From Sminthopsis crassicaudata (lineage: Eukaryota), in contig NC_133618.1 of assembly GCF_048593235.1 (NCBI RefSeq), forward strand, positions 478,461,294 to 478,525,293: a stretch of DNA of 64,000 nt, written 5' to 3'. This document shows positions 1 to 11,163 of the stretch, in pieces (the first letter of the stretch is position 1; every line of letters starts with the position of its first letter). The notes below the pieces were generated by a model that was not told where the DNA came from, searched no databases, and was given only the letters and a program-made list of their open reading frames with translations. The position numbers and the translations under genes are program-made.

Positions 1-27
1 GAGAAACCTTCGTCTCTGTATTGACGA
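1..27 (+). CDS. 3' part of a coding exon of an unidentified gene (truncated by window edge), reading RNLRLCID(E)
   Basis: Strong donor CGA|GTGAGT at 27/28. Frame starting at nt 2 is open (AGA AAC CTT CGT CTC TGT ATT GAC GA) and joins in phase to two downstream acceptors. Protein not recognised. Confidence 0.55.
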
Positions 28-148
28 GTGAGTCATAGAGGTAGGAGAGTTTTTAGAGGAAGCGTTTAAATGATAAATTAGAGTTAGTAATATGGTAGTG
101 AAGAAAATGTTTAGTATACCTGCTTCCTGGTTTTTGCTTGATTTGTAG

Positions 149-167
149 GGAACATAAGGTTCAATAA
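149..167 (+). CDS. Candidate alternative terminal coding exon (...EEHKVQ*)
   Basis: Acceptor ttcctggtttttgcttgatttgtag| at 148/149; in-phase G GAA CAT AAG GTT CAA TAA; AATAAA at 163-168 overlaps the stop; U/GU-rich sequence follows. Intron would be 121 nt. Confidence 0.3.
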
Positions 168-461
168 AGCATACCCTTTAAAACAGGGTTACTGTTCCCC
201 TTGTTATTTTTGAAGTGAATTTTATTAGCTAGAGAATTATTTCAAGGTACATTATATATGAATTCAGCCTTTTTTTCATTTTTTCTTGAACTAGACTTAT
301 TAGAATACCCTCAATATTAAGGAGACAAATTCTCTCTCTTGACTTACTACATTTGTTTTTGTTTGATAAATATTTGCTGGGGGTGGGATATTTCATTGTT
401 TTTAATTACCAATATGATTTTCTGTGAATAAATCGGGAATTACTTTTTCTTCTGTGTTCAG

Positions 462-489
462 AGAGCTAAGACAGTATGAAACCAAATAA
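462..489 (+). CDS. Probable last coding exon (...EELRQYETK*)
   Basis: Polypyrimidine tract and acceptor tactttttcttctgtgttcag| at 461/462; in-phase A GAG CTA AGA CAG TAT GAA ACC AAA TAA, followed by about 1 kb of AT-rich, repeat-free UTR-like sequence. Confidence 0.5.
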
Positions 490-1470
490 TGTCTGCTCTT
501 TCAGACATGGTCACTTTTTACTTAGTTATGGATTAATTTTTTTCTCTTCTATTCATGTTTAAGGTATTTCTGACATAAAATGTAGACAACCATGCTCATT
601 TTACTTTTTTATGTCATAATTAAAATAATAGCTATCCTCAATGTGGAATGGAGCTGAAGGTCCTATAACTGAATAATTCTCAATAGCCAATTTTTATTGT
701 CTCCATAGTGGTTGCTTTTGCTTATTAATGGTTAAAGAAAGGAAAAAACAGCTTTCTATTTAAGTAATGATAATGACTTCTAGTTACCAATATAGTGGCC
801 TATTTGTATATGATAGAACAGGTCAAAAGTAGCAAGGATTCCTCCTTTAAAATGACAACTGCGTTTCTATAATTTTAAATTTTGGTGTCTGTTCACTCAT
901 ATGGGTTCCCTTTACCTGTAATCTTTTCTCACATCTTTTTTTCAATTTTTTTTTTTTTTTTTTGCTAAAGGATTGGTTTGTATTGGTATGTATATGATAC
1001 TCATGCTCCTCCTACCTGAATCAAGATATTATTAATATATCCTCAGTCTTAGAAGTTGAAACAAATCAGTAAGCCTTTCAGATGAGGTATGATTGACAGA
1101 TTTTTGACCACATACTGACTAGTATTGAAAAGGAAAAAAGAATGAAGAAGAATTCCTTGTCTGTATATTTACAAAGAACAATTTAGTTTCCAGAAAGCAA
1201 ATCACAAAACATGATATATTCTCTGTTGAGAGTCGGGTGGATTTTTGTTCACTTTTTTCCTAAAACTAGTGTCAGTTCAATGAATATAGTAAAAAAGTAA
1301 AGGAAAAGGACATTTTGAGGAAGCCTTTCTCTATGGTTACAACTTAATATTACTTTATAAGAAGAATATGAAAAGTTCAGGAATTTTGAGAATCCCTAAA
1401 AGATTTTTTAATAAACTTGTATGAAGAAAATCAGTTTAAAATAAAAATATATTTACCACTTACAGTAATG
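490..1470 (+). other. Probable 3' UTR with polyadenylation signals
   Basis: AT-rich and repeat-free, follows the stop at 487-489; AATAAA at 1410-1415 and 1440-1445. Confidence 0.4.
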
Positions 1471-1729
1471 TCTAAGTAAAAATAAGGTAAATGCTGAATA
1501 ATTTTCAGGACCATTTCCCCCCCCCCCCAACAATGGGTATTGAACCATGCCTTTCTCTTTTGGTCTTACAGTTTGGGCTCTACGATTTCATTCTTTTTAC
1601 ATTCGTTGCCTGACAGGGTCACCCTTTGGGTTGTTGTTGCTTCAGTTTTTCTTTGCTACAAGGCATGTTCATGGTGGATTTCCAGTGGGGACGACCATAC
1701 CTGCTCTTTCTACCTTTTAATAGGTGCTG

Positions 1730-1970
1730 TCAATATACTTTGTAGTAAAGATTGGAAACAACCCGGGTGCCTTCCCCTAGAGGAATGGGTGAGTAAATCA
1801 TGTCCTCACGTACGAACGTAACATATTATTGTACAGGAATAAAGAATTAATATTAGGAAATCAAGAAACATTTAAAGACTTCTTTGAATTTATGAGTGAA
1901 GTAAGCTTAATCTGGAGCAGATTATATACAATGACTACAATTATCTAAATGAAAAAACAAACACTAAAAC
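1730..1970 (+). mobile_element. Old LINE-1 fragment (ORF2 C-terminus into 3' UTR)
   Basis: Translation LCSKDWKQPGCLPLEEWVSK resembles the L1 ORF2 end (LFVVAKNWK..GCPSIGEWLNKLW); downstream aaagacttctttgaatttatgagtgaagtaagc resembles the start of the L1 3' UTR. Confidence 0.6.
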
Positions 1971-4229
1971 AAGGATAACTTCTAGCTAACTGTAATGACC
2001 TCTTTTGATTATAGAAAGCAGGTAATACATTATGCTTCCCCTCCTTGGGATGAGACATTTGAATGTATGGCTACACATTATTGCTTACACTATTAGCCAG
2101 GGTGACCTTGGAGTTGATAATGCCTAACCATTTTTGTCTACTACAAGGCAGATTTAGTGTGGAACTGCAATGGTTCTGATCATCTTTTCACCTAAACTTG
2201 ATAAGTCAGTTGTATTTTTTTTAATCAAAGAATTGAAAATAAACTAGGTGCCCTTCACTCAGCGAATGACTGAATAAAATGTTTTACAGAACTCATGTAA
2301 TATATTATTATGTCATTTGAAAGGACAAATGTGAGGAATTCAGAAAAATATGAGATCTCTATAAACTGATGCAACAAGCAAGCATATTCAAGAGAATAAT
2401 ATATATACATATAAAAGTATATACAATAAATGAAAAGAATGAAAAAAGGAACCCAAACTTTGCATAGTTATAATGACTCTTCTTGGTTCCAAAGACCAGA
2501 TAATGAAATGTGCCTTCTTCTCTTGGCTGAGAGTTGGGCAACTATGAGTACAGCATGTTGCATTCCCTCTCTGAGTCACCGAATTAGTGGCTATTGTTTG
2601 TTTCTCTTTGTTACAATGAATTGTTTAATGCTAAAACAGAACAAAATTGACTATTCCTGCTTCTTCTGCCTTGAAGTAAGTGTTGCTCATAGGCATGAAC
2701 TTGATGCATTCCCTGGATGAAAGAAACTATGAATACAAGTTGCAATACTATTGGTATATACAACAAAACCCCAATATAATGCTGGTGTTATAAAGGAAGG
2801 ATAGGCTAAAACCAGCAGTATAAAGGCAAGAAGGCATCAAGCTAATATTTAAGTTCTATGCTATCATATTCACCCAGATTTCTGCCCATTTTTGGTGTCA
2901 GGAGACATGGTTTGACTTGCAATTTTTAAAATAATGAGCTCTTCTATAATGGGTTCTGTCCTTGTTGTCATCATCAGATTGCTTTTCAGGACCAGAGAAG
3001 GGCCCTTTTCTGGATAGGAGAGCTTCCTGTTCTTCCCTCTGATCCCCTGCCACTCATACCCCTAGCCTAAGAAATCTTGCTGCCTTTGCAGCCACCTGGA
3101 AAGTCACACATGCTGGTGTCACAATATTCCCAAAGAGGGATAAGAATCAAGTCTCTAATTGCAGAGGCTTGGTTACGGGTGCCTTGGGTCACATTCTAGC
3201 CAGTGCCTTTTCAAGCAGAGCCTCTGAACAAATTGGAAAGTCCTTCCAAAAAAGAGCTCAACCAGGGAAGAGTGAGCAAAGAGGAGGAGGGAAGAGGGAG
3301 AAAGGGAGATCTCCAGCTGTCAGCAGTCAGACAGCAGCGGCAAGCTTGGGGCCATTGGAGAGATTTTTTTTTTTTATCTCCCTACAAAGTGATCTCCCTT
3401 CCATTATGCTGAAGTCTAAGCAAAGCCCTTTGCCCATGGACTTTCCTTTCTATTATGACCCAGATTTGCCCCTCATGTCTCCTAAATGCTGGGACATATC
3501 ACAGAATATTCTGAAATGTGTCCCTTATTATAAAATCTGAAACTCTCAGGACAGACTCCTGTGCAGTGCCTGTTCTACAAGAAGCATCTTACAAAATTTC
3601 CCATAGCAACTCTCTAAAGACCCGCTTCTAAGTCTATATAAGATTGTAACATTTGTTGGGAATACCCACAATATACTTGAAGTGTTTAAGTAAAGACTTA
3701 GATATGGGAAGGGCTTTTGAAATGATCTTGTCCGTCCTCCCACTCTATCATATTGCTGAGGGGTGGATGGATGGAGGGGGAGCTTCTCTGAGCCTCTGTT
3801 TGAATGCTTACAGTGTCAGAAAGCTCACACTCCCTTCTGAGGCTTACTGATCCATTGCAGGACAAGATCATTGTTGCTCCTTGTACTACTCTACAGTTTT
3901 TCTTCCTGTGACTTCCACAGAATGGCACACAGTCACATGGCATAATCTGCCCAAAACCATTTTCTCTCCACTGTACATGCCTCTCTAGCTACCAAGGAAG
4001 GAATTAATCCCAAAGGGGAATACAGTTCAGCAATGTCAAAAATTCTAAAGGCTGAGATGCTTACGACTTCCCTAAGATCTAGGAGAAAGCATTTTACTTT
4101 TAGGACCTTAACCAAAGAAATACTAACCCAGCCTTAAAAAATAATAACAATAAGTACCAACCCAAGAGAACTATGTTTCTAGCCCAATGCTAGATTCACC
4201 CTGGGAGCTACAAAGACGTATAAAGCACT

Positions 4230-4490
4230 TTCCCGGCCCTCAACACAACCTCAAGCTCACCATTTGACAAGGGAGCCCAGGCTCAAACATACATTAAGAT
4301 GAGTAACAATATAAGACAACAACAGAACACTCACTGGACAATATATGATGTGAGTGCCAATTAAACAATACAGTACAAACAAATGCTGTTTGAGTTCACA
4401 AGAGGGAGAGGTTCCCTGAGACTGTAGGTCAGGGAAGGCTTCATGGAGAATGTTGGGCTTAAGCTGAGCCTTTGAAAGATGACAGGGTTC
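4230..4490 (-). mobile_element. L2 LINE fragment
   Basis: gggaaggcttcatggagaatgttgggcttaagctgagcctttgaaagatga matches the reverse-complement L2 3' region pattern. Confidence 0.5.
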
Positions 4491-5096
4491 AAGTCTCATC
4501 TCCTCTGTGAAGCTCAGTTCAAATGACCCTCTTCAGAAGTCTCACTGTGGTGTGGAGAAGGTAACTGGGAATCCTGGAAGTCTGTGCTTCGGGGGTAGGG
4601 GAACGAGCTTTGCCAGGAGGGGCAAAGGATGGACCGTTGCATGAGGATCAGCCAAGTTAAGTTCAAAGACTTAGAGCCTCATGGAGATGAAAGTTTTTGG
4701 AACCAGTGCCCCTCAAAGAACATCAGCTAAGCCACAGAGGGAACCTGTCTCAGTGGAAGGAGTTCCCACACCAGTGAGATTACAGATCCTTGAAGTGCTG
4801 AATCATTTGAAGGATGGGAGATGGGGTTGGAAAAGGTAGAATGGCACTAGAATGTGGCCACAGCCTAAGGAATCTGGATTTGATCCTATTAGGAACAGGG
4901 AACCACTGGGAAGTCTTTGAACAGGGAAGTGACATAACGAATGAAATCAGTAGTCTAGTGACAGCTCTGGCATAATCCCTCCCTCTCCCTGAGCAACCGA
5001 CTCTTTAACAGGCTTCACTCAGCCATCCTCAGAGGGAGTTCAGCCTACAGTGTCTGTGGCTCCATAGCCCCTTCGGGAGCATACCTGGAGCCACCC

Positions 5097-5232
5097 GGAG
5101 CCAATGCTCCGTTAGGCACAATGGTTTCTAGGAGCCAATGCCCCATTAAGCACAATCGTTTCTAGGAGCCAATGCCCCATTAAGTACAATGGTTTCCAGG
5201 AGCCAATGCTCCATTGAGGAAAATGGTCTTGG
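5097..5232. repeat. Tandem repeat, about 4 x 34 bp (GGAGCCAATGCYCCRTTARGYACAATSGTTTCYA)
   Basis: Units start at 5097, 5131, 5165 and 5199; each carries GGAGCCAATG. Confidence 0.9.
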
Positions 5233-5564
5233 GCCAAAAATTAGGGTGTGGCTCTCTGGAGAGACCACATTGCTCCGTGGTCCTGATTATTTTCACTGCC
5301 TGGCAGCTCTCTGAGCCCAGAGTATCAGTTATTCCAAAGCTGCTCACACAGTTTGGACAAAATGATCTCTGTTATTTCCTCCCTAGAAATGCCAGGAAAT
5401 CAAATGCTTTAGATCAAGGTACATGTATTATTTGCAAGCGTTGGATGCTTGCTTCTACAATGTAGCTAATTATGGACCAGGAGCTCAGGCCAGTTTGCCC
5501 TCAAGGCCTCAGTTTCACCAGCTGCAAATTTACAAAGTAGGACCAGAATATCTCTAAGGTCCCT

Positions 5565-5720
5565 TCAAAAGAATCTTGGACTTGAAATCAGAAGACTGAG
5601 TTCAAATCTCATCTTTGCCTCTCTTGTGATTTTGGGCAAATACTTCCGGAGATGAATTCTCCATCTGTTAAATGAGAAGGAGGACTGGATAGTCTTTTAA
5701 GAACAACAGAACAGCTCTCT
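5565..5720 (+). mobile_element. MIR-family SINE
   Basis: ggacttgaaatcagaagactgagttcaaatctc (B-box) followed by the core ...ccatctgttaaatgag. Confidence 0.6.
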
Positions 5721-5971
5721 AACTCTGAGGGTGGATGACCCTATTTCGGGCCATAATCTCCTGAGGGGGTACAGAAATCATCCCTCCTATTGTCAATGTA
5801 GAAATCATCTGCTAAGTGTTTGTAGAATTGTAGGGATGCTTCCCCAAATCCCCCTTATATTTCTTGTCCTCCTTTTGATCTTCTCTCAAGACCCCAGAGG
5901 AGCTAAGGCTATATACACTAGGTATTGATTAACACAACGGAGTGGTTGTTACAGCAGAGTATTTGACCGAC

Positions 5972-6122
5972 CTTTGTAACCATCTTTGAAGAATATTCTC
6001 CCAGTCGGGCTTCCACTTCCGTTTCCGCTTCTTTTTTCTCTTTCTCTTTCTTTTTCTTTTTCTTTTGCGCATCCTGATCTGGATGATCTGGTCTCTCTCA
6101 CATTGTTGACTTGCTTCTGGTC
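5972..6122 (-). ncRNA. Predicted exon 3 of the - strand transcript from the 12.8 kb promoter (3' end uncertain)
   Basis: Good acceptor on - strand (ttttgtccttttcctttcag|GACCAGAAGC, AG at 6124-6123). Possible donor AAG|GTCGGT at 5972/5971, or the exon may be terminal and longer. Contains an (AAAAGA)-type purine repeat. Confidence 0.4.
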
Positions 6123-6962
6123 CTGAAAGGAAAAGGACAAAAATCATCAAAGCAAAGTCTATCTGCTTTTCTTATCTCACCTGAAATGCGCCACTCTTAC
6201 TTTTTCACTGGATGATCATTTGTCCAATTATTTTTTTTAACCCTTCATTAGAAAAAGAATAGACTGTAAGAAAAATAGTAATTTCTACCTCACAGGAGTG
6301 ACAATCTCATAGAGAACAGCTTGGGACTGTTAGATTTTAGCATTCATTTTCATGAATGCAACTGGGTACATTTATGAACTGCAAGGTAAAAAAATAAGGT
6401 TAGATTCGATGAAGAGACTACATTAAAGTTTATTCTACAGCTGAATCTTTCCTTTCTTCAAAGCAGAGTCTCAATTAAAAAAATAAAAGAGGGTCAGGGT
6501 TCAGGGATGGACATAGACCTAGGTCGTGTGACAAGTTGTAGGCAGCTCTATGTGCCCTTCTTGGAAGGAATCCCTTTTGCCTGGTGAGAGGGAAATGTGA
6601 GGCTGGTCTTACTGTTCCTCACTAATGAGGGCAGGGCATACCACTGATAACCTTCAATTTGTGTGATCATTTTGTGTGAAGTTATAAGTAAATCAAATCT
6701 ATAATGGTGAAACCAGCTATAGGTTTTTCTAAATGAATTTTTAAAAAATAGAATCCTGTTTTAAATGTGGGAGTGAAACATAATTTAAGGAGAATCTGAA
6801 GTAGAGACTTTGGCAAAGAAGGGGAATTTTGAAAATATTTTTTTCCAAAACGTTACTTAAAATTGCTTATTGTCCAAATGTTGGGCTCCTAAAGATTTTA
6901 GGATTCAGTTTCTATGTGGCTTGGAGATGGGGCAAGCTGAAAACCATTTTTTAAAAGGTTCT

Positions 6963-7085
6963 CACACAGCTAGAGGGCGCAATGGATAGAACACTGGGGT
7001 CTGGAGTCAGGAGAACACAAGTTCAAATCCAATCTCAGACACTTATATGTGACCCTTACCAAGTCACTTAACCCCAACTGCCTCT
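6963..7085 (+). mobile_element. Marsupial tRNA-derived CORE-SINE (WSINE1/Mar1-like)
   Basis: Head cagctagagggcgcaatggatagaacac, B-box caagttcaaatcc, then ...aagtcacttaaccccaactgcct. Confidence 0.8.
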
Positions 7086-7302
7086 TCTACCCTTCTTCAT
7101 ACCCAATATCTTCCTAAAAAAAAGTTTTCCATTAGGCACACTAATTAAGAGAAAGGTGCCGCCCTTGAAGATCACATTGGGGCACATATTATTCCCAGAG
7201 CACAGATTCCTGGACCTATCAGAGCCAATCCCACTGCTCTCTATTGCCATTTTCATTTTATAAAATGGGTGATTTGTCAAAAGATACTTGCTCTGTAACT
7301 GC

Positions 7303-7381
7303 TCCTTCCTTCCTTCTTTCCTTCCTTCTTTCTATCCTCCCTCCCTCTTTCCCTTCCTTCCTTCCTTTCTTTTTTTTTTTT
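7303..7381. repeat. (CTTC)n pyrimidine-rich microsatellite ending in poly-T
   Basis: ccttccttccttctttccttcc... visible directly. Confidence 0.9.
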
Positions 7382-7554
7382 CTATGTATGTCTCTTAAAA
7401 ATCTGAACTTGTCTGTATATAGTTAATGATGAGAATAAGCCAGGTTCAGAATATTATTTTCAGTTGTGCTGCATCATTTTTTGTTGTGCAGCAGGGAGGG
7501 TTTTTGTTGAGGGATTCCTGGCATTTTTTCCTCTGACAGCAAATGTAAATGCTA

Positions 7555-7740
7555 GATATAGAATAAATGGTGTAGAGCTGGAGGAGACTTCAAAGGTCAG
7601 CTTATCCAATTTCTTCTTTTTATAACTTGGGAAACTGAGGTCAGAGAGGGAAGTAATTTTCTCAAGGCCAAATATGGCTAGCCCAGCACATAGGTATATT
7701 TACTCCAAAGTCCAGTCCTCTTTCCACAATACCATATTAC
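7555..7740 (-). mobile_element. MIR SINE
   Basis: gaaactgaggtcagagaggg is the reverse complement of the MIR core. Confidence 0.7.
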
Positions 7741-9514
7741 CTTTCTTTCCAGATTGAGGAGACAAAAGTGTAGTTTAAATCCTTTTTTTTTTCTTTTTTG
7801 AGATGAAACCATTAAACTTTTTGAATTTAAAAAAAAATAAGTACATGGTTCCAAAGTGGGAAAGGGAAGTATGAGAAGACCTAAGGGTTTTTAAAAATAC
7901 ATATCTTTTTTCCAACATGAAAATGTTGTTTTTTCTTGCCCTTCTTGTCTACCTTAATTACAGTAGAAGCTTATAATTTTATGAGAAAGTTGCTTGTCTA
8001 TCTGAAATCATCTTCAAGAACATCCTAAAAACAAAATAAATAAGTCTACACGTGTCACAAGCCATATCTTCAGTGCCTTGCCAATATGTCTCCCAGTAAT
8101 CCCAGAACCACAATAAAAATGTTTCCATTAGGGGCACGCTTCATAAAATATGAGTAGTAGAAAATGTACCTTCAAATCAACTGTCTAAAGAATTCAGTTA
8201 AGGCAGAAGGCTGGGACATAGTCAATCTCCTGCAGAAGGAGATGGAACTTGACAGGAACTTACCTCCGGGTACAGCTAGGAGGAATAAGTAGGCACCTTC
8301 TGATAGCTTCTTAGTTTAATAGATGTTGCTTATAACTAAGTGATAAACTCAGTCATATCTCTGCTACGCAAGGAGTATGAATACTGTTGGTACTCTCCAC
8401 TTCCAGAGAGAAAAAGCTGACTGTGCCATCTTAGTTATTTCTCTGAAACCCATTCTCTTTTTCAAATATTGTTTTGTTTTTCTTTTTGTTTATTTGCTAA
8501 GATACCATGGTCTGCTTTAGGCTACTCCTAGACTACAAGAAAGGGCATGAAAATGACCTTAGATAAGAAAATTTTTCTTTCCTTCACTGAATAAACAGGC
8601 CTAGTGCCTGGCACAGGGTACCTAGATTTAATATGTGCTTGTTGAATGATTGCTTGTTGGACTCAAAGAACTTGGATTAAAATCCAATTTTTTCAATTTA
8701 TTCTCTTGACCTTGGTTTTTGCATTTAGGAAAAGAGGAGGTTGGACTTGATCTATAAGGATCCCTTCCTATGATCAACAGCAAGGGGAATAGAGCAAGGA
8801 AAATCAATAGAATTAGGTTATAATCTTCACCCTATAGATAATTCACTCTGTGACCTTGGATAAGTAAGTCTCTTTCTGTCTCTGGACCTTAGTTTCACCA
8901 AATTATAAAAGAAGAGAAGATTGGATTAAGTCATTTCTAAGCTTTCTTGGGGCTCCAGCATTCTATGAATCTGAATTTTCTTCTCAATCTGCTTGCCTTG
9001 GATCTATTTTACAAGGAAGAGCAAATGAGATCATGGTTTTCAAAGTGCTTTGTAAATATTCCTGACCCGTATTTAAATAGTACCTTAAAGTTTATGAAGT
9101 ACCTAGAGCATCTGCAAGATGTATTATTATTATTATAAATCAAGGATTGTCCTTGAAACAAGGATTGCTGTTTGGACAAGCAGTATTCCCCTCAATTAGG
9201 TTTGTCACCTACAACATAGTTACAGATTGACAAAGATTATTGGAGAGGGACAATTTTTAGGGGGGATTTTCTTTGTATTCCTAGTGCTTAGAACAGTGAC
9301 TGACACATAGTTGGTGCTTAATAAATTCTTATTGATTTAAATTTACTTGCAGGGAGAAGAAGATAAGGAGACAGAGAAAGGAAAAAATTATTCCTTTTTG
9401 AAAAAGCAAAAATAAAACAGGGAAAACAAATGGAATGAATATCCCATTCCTTGCCTCTACTCCTTTGGGTGCAGATGTCATTAGATTCATAATAGACTAT
9501 ACGATAGGGGATTA

Positions 9515-9677
9515 GAGCAAGGGTTCACAATACATATCCCCTTCAAAGGTATGAAAAGTCTGTCAAGGGAATATGGGAAATATTTGGAAAATTACTATTA
9601 TCTTAATGAAATTAATTAATCTCTTATTTCTTGTTTAATTATTTATTTCTTATGGGTGTATGAGTTATAAACCCTAG
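9515..9677. mobile_element. Possible degenerate hAT-type MITE
   Basis: Imperfect terminal inverted repeats (aagggttcacaa ... ttataaaccctag) around an AT-rich interior. Confidence 0.3.
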
Positions 9678-10996
9678 TATTTATTTCTTTTTATGTCATA
9701 AAGGCAGTTCAGGAAGATTTGTTGAAAGCCGACGGGGTGATGGTGGGGAGCTTATCCAAGTGAAAAAAGTGGAAATTCATATAAATTAAAAGAGATGGAA
9801 GAGTTATTCTCGATCCCTGGGTTACATGGTACTCATGGGGCTTTGGGACTGGCTAAATCCTTGGGAACCTTTTGGATTGAAGGCACCTTTAGTGCTTGGG
9901 GGCCAGAGGGTCCAGGGTGTGGTCAGTCAGCTGAATGTTGAAGGCAGTGGCTCCTAAGGCTAAATTTTGGCTCTTGTCCCTGGTAGGAGAAAAGTTGGGG
10001 TTGGGGGTAGGGGAACTGGTTCATATTTCCATAGGGCTTTAAGATTTACAAAGCACTTTTCTCACAATCATTTAGATAGATGGAAGTAAAGGACTACTAT
10101 CCTGATTTTACATAGGAAGAAGCAAACTCAGAAACATGCCCATAGTCACACATCTAGTCATGGCCAGGACTGAAACCAAATCTTTCCCAGAGTCTAAATC
10201 TAGAACTCTTTACACCATGCTAAAAGGGACCTTTATGTTTATTTTGGGGTTATCCAGTCTAGCCCCTCCCCCAGGAAAGGAAAGGAAAGGAAAAAGGAAT
10301 TGGGGACAAACTGAAGCTGTATCCTTTAGGCACTGAAGCACAGTGGATGAGGTATTAGTGAGAAGTCCTTCCAGTGGCCAAAATACCTGAAACTCCACAA
10401 TTAAAGATCCATTTAAATCAAGAAAATGTACCTTGTTAAAATGTATGTTAAGCCCTTACCAGACCTTATTTATCATTAACAGCTTGGCATTAATTAGTCT
10501 GAAAAATGCTTTTCCAAAGTGAGAGCTGGGTGAAGACATTGGCCTGCTAGAATGAGATACAGGACAAATTAATTTTGATAAGGGAGATTGTGATGAGTGA
10601 GATCTAGAATATGGGTATGGTATGGGTAAAGTAAGTGGACACTAGAGACAACTGGCCAACTTTGCCGATGACCACACCCTACTTGACAAGCTCTGTCCAA
10701 AAGGAGAAATGTTACCTTTGAGTCCCTTGGGACCCAAAAATAGATTTGGCCCAAAGATGGCCAGAGCGGGGTTGGGGAAGGGGTGGGGTGGAGGGAGAGG
10801 AGATTTGACTTGGAATGAGCTCAGGGAATCAGATCATACCCTTTGTTGGGTGCCACTCCTCACTTTACCCACATTTCTAACAGAACCATGTACAAAATGG
10901 GGTATAGATGGTCGCTCATGTCCTGAATTCACCGCCTCTTTCTCAGTATCTCCCTGGTTTTTGCTCATAAAGGCAAGGGGGCTAGTTATAGCTCAC

Positions 10997-11163
10997 CTGA
11001 ACTGCTGAGCTAGGTGGGACAGAAGTTTCCACGAAGTTTCAGCGCTCATTTTCAGAGCAGCCGCTCTAATTTTATTTGCCAACGTGGATGATTTACTCTG
11101 CCAACATATATGATTTTCTGCGTCAAAACAGATGATTTTCTCCATTCAGGAGACCTGAAATTC
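10997..11163 (-). ncRNA. Predicted exon 2 (167 nt) of the - strand transcript; contains the start of a 57-codon spliced ORF
   Basis: Acceptor tcttttttcttttttccttacag|GAATTTC (11164/11163) and donor CAG|GTGAGC (10997/10996), both near consensus. One frame is open from ATG 11145 to the exon end. Confidence 0.6.

Noticed and set aside
5097-5232. Resemblance of the 34-bp hairpin unit to the marsupial X-inactivation RNA Rsx repeat
   Set aside because: Only the unit length is similar. Rsx has kilobases of such repeats; here there are four copies and I cannot show sequence similarity.
5929-6150. ORF with RKRKRKRKRKRKKKRKRK resembling a protamine, NLS or heparin-binding tail
   Set aside because: The basic run is the translation of an (AAAAGA)n repeat; the exon 2 frame that would lead into it has a stop (TAG) shortly before the donor.
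6123-6180. Apparent extra - strand donor CAG|GTGAGA at 6181/6180 upstream of the exon 3 acceptor
   Set aside because: The implied intron is only 58 nt, below the usual mammalian minimum.
8264-8275. Possible 12-nt - strand microexon (ctag|CTGTACCCGGAG|gtaag)
   Set aside because: Short polypyrimidine tract and no independent support; such matches occur by chance.
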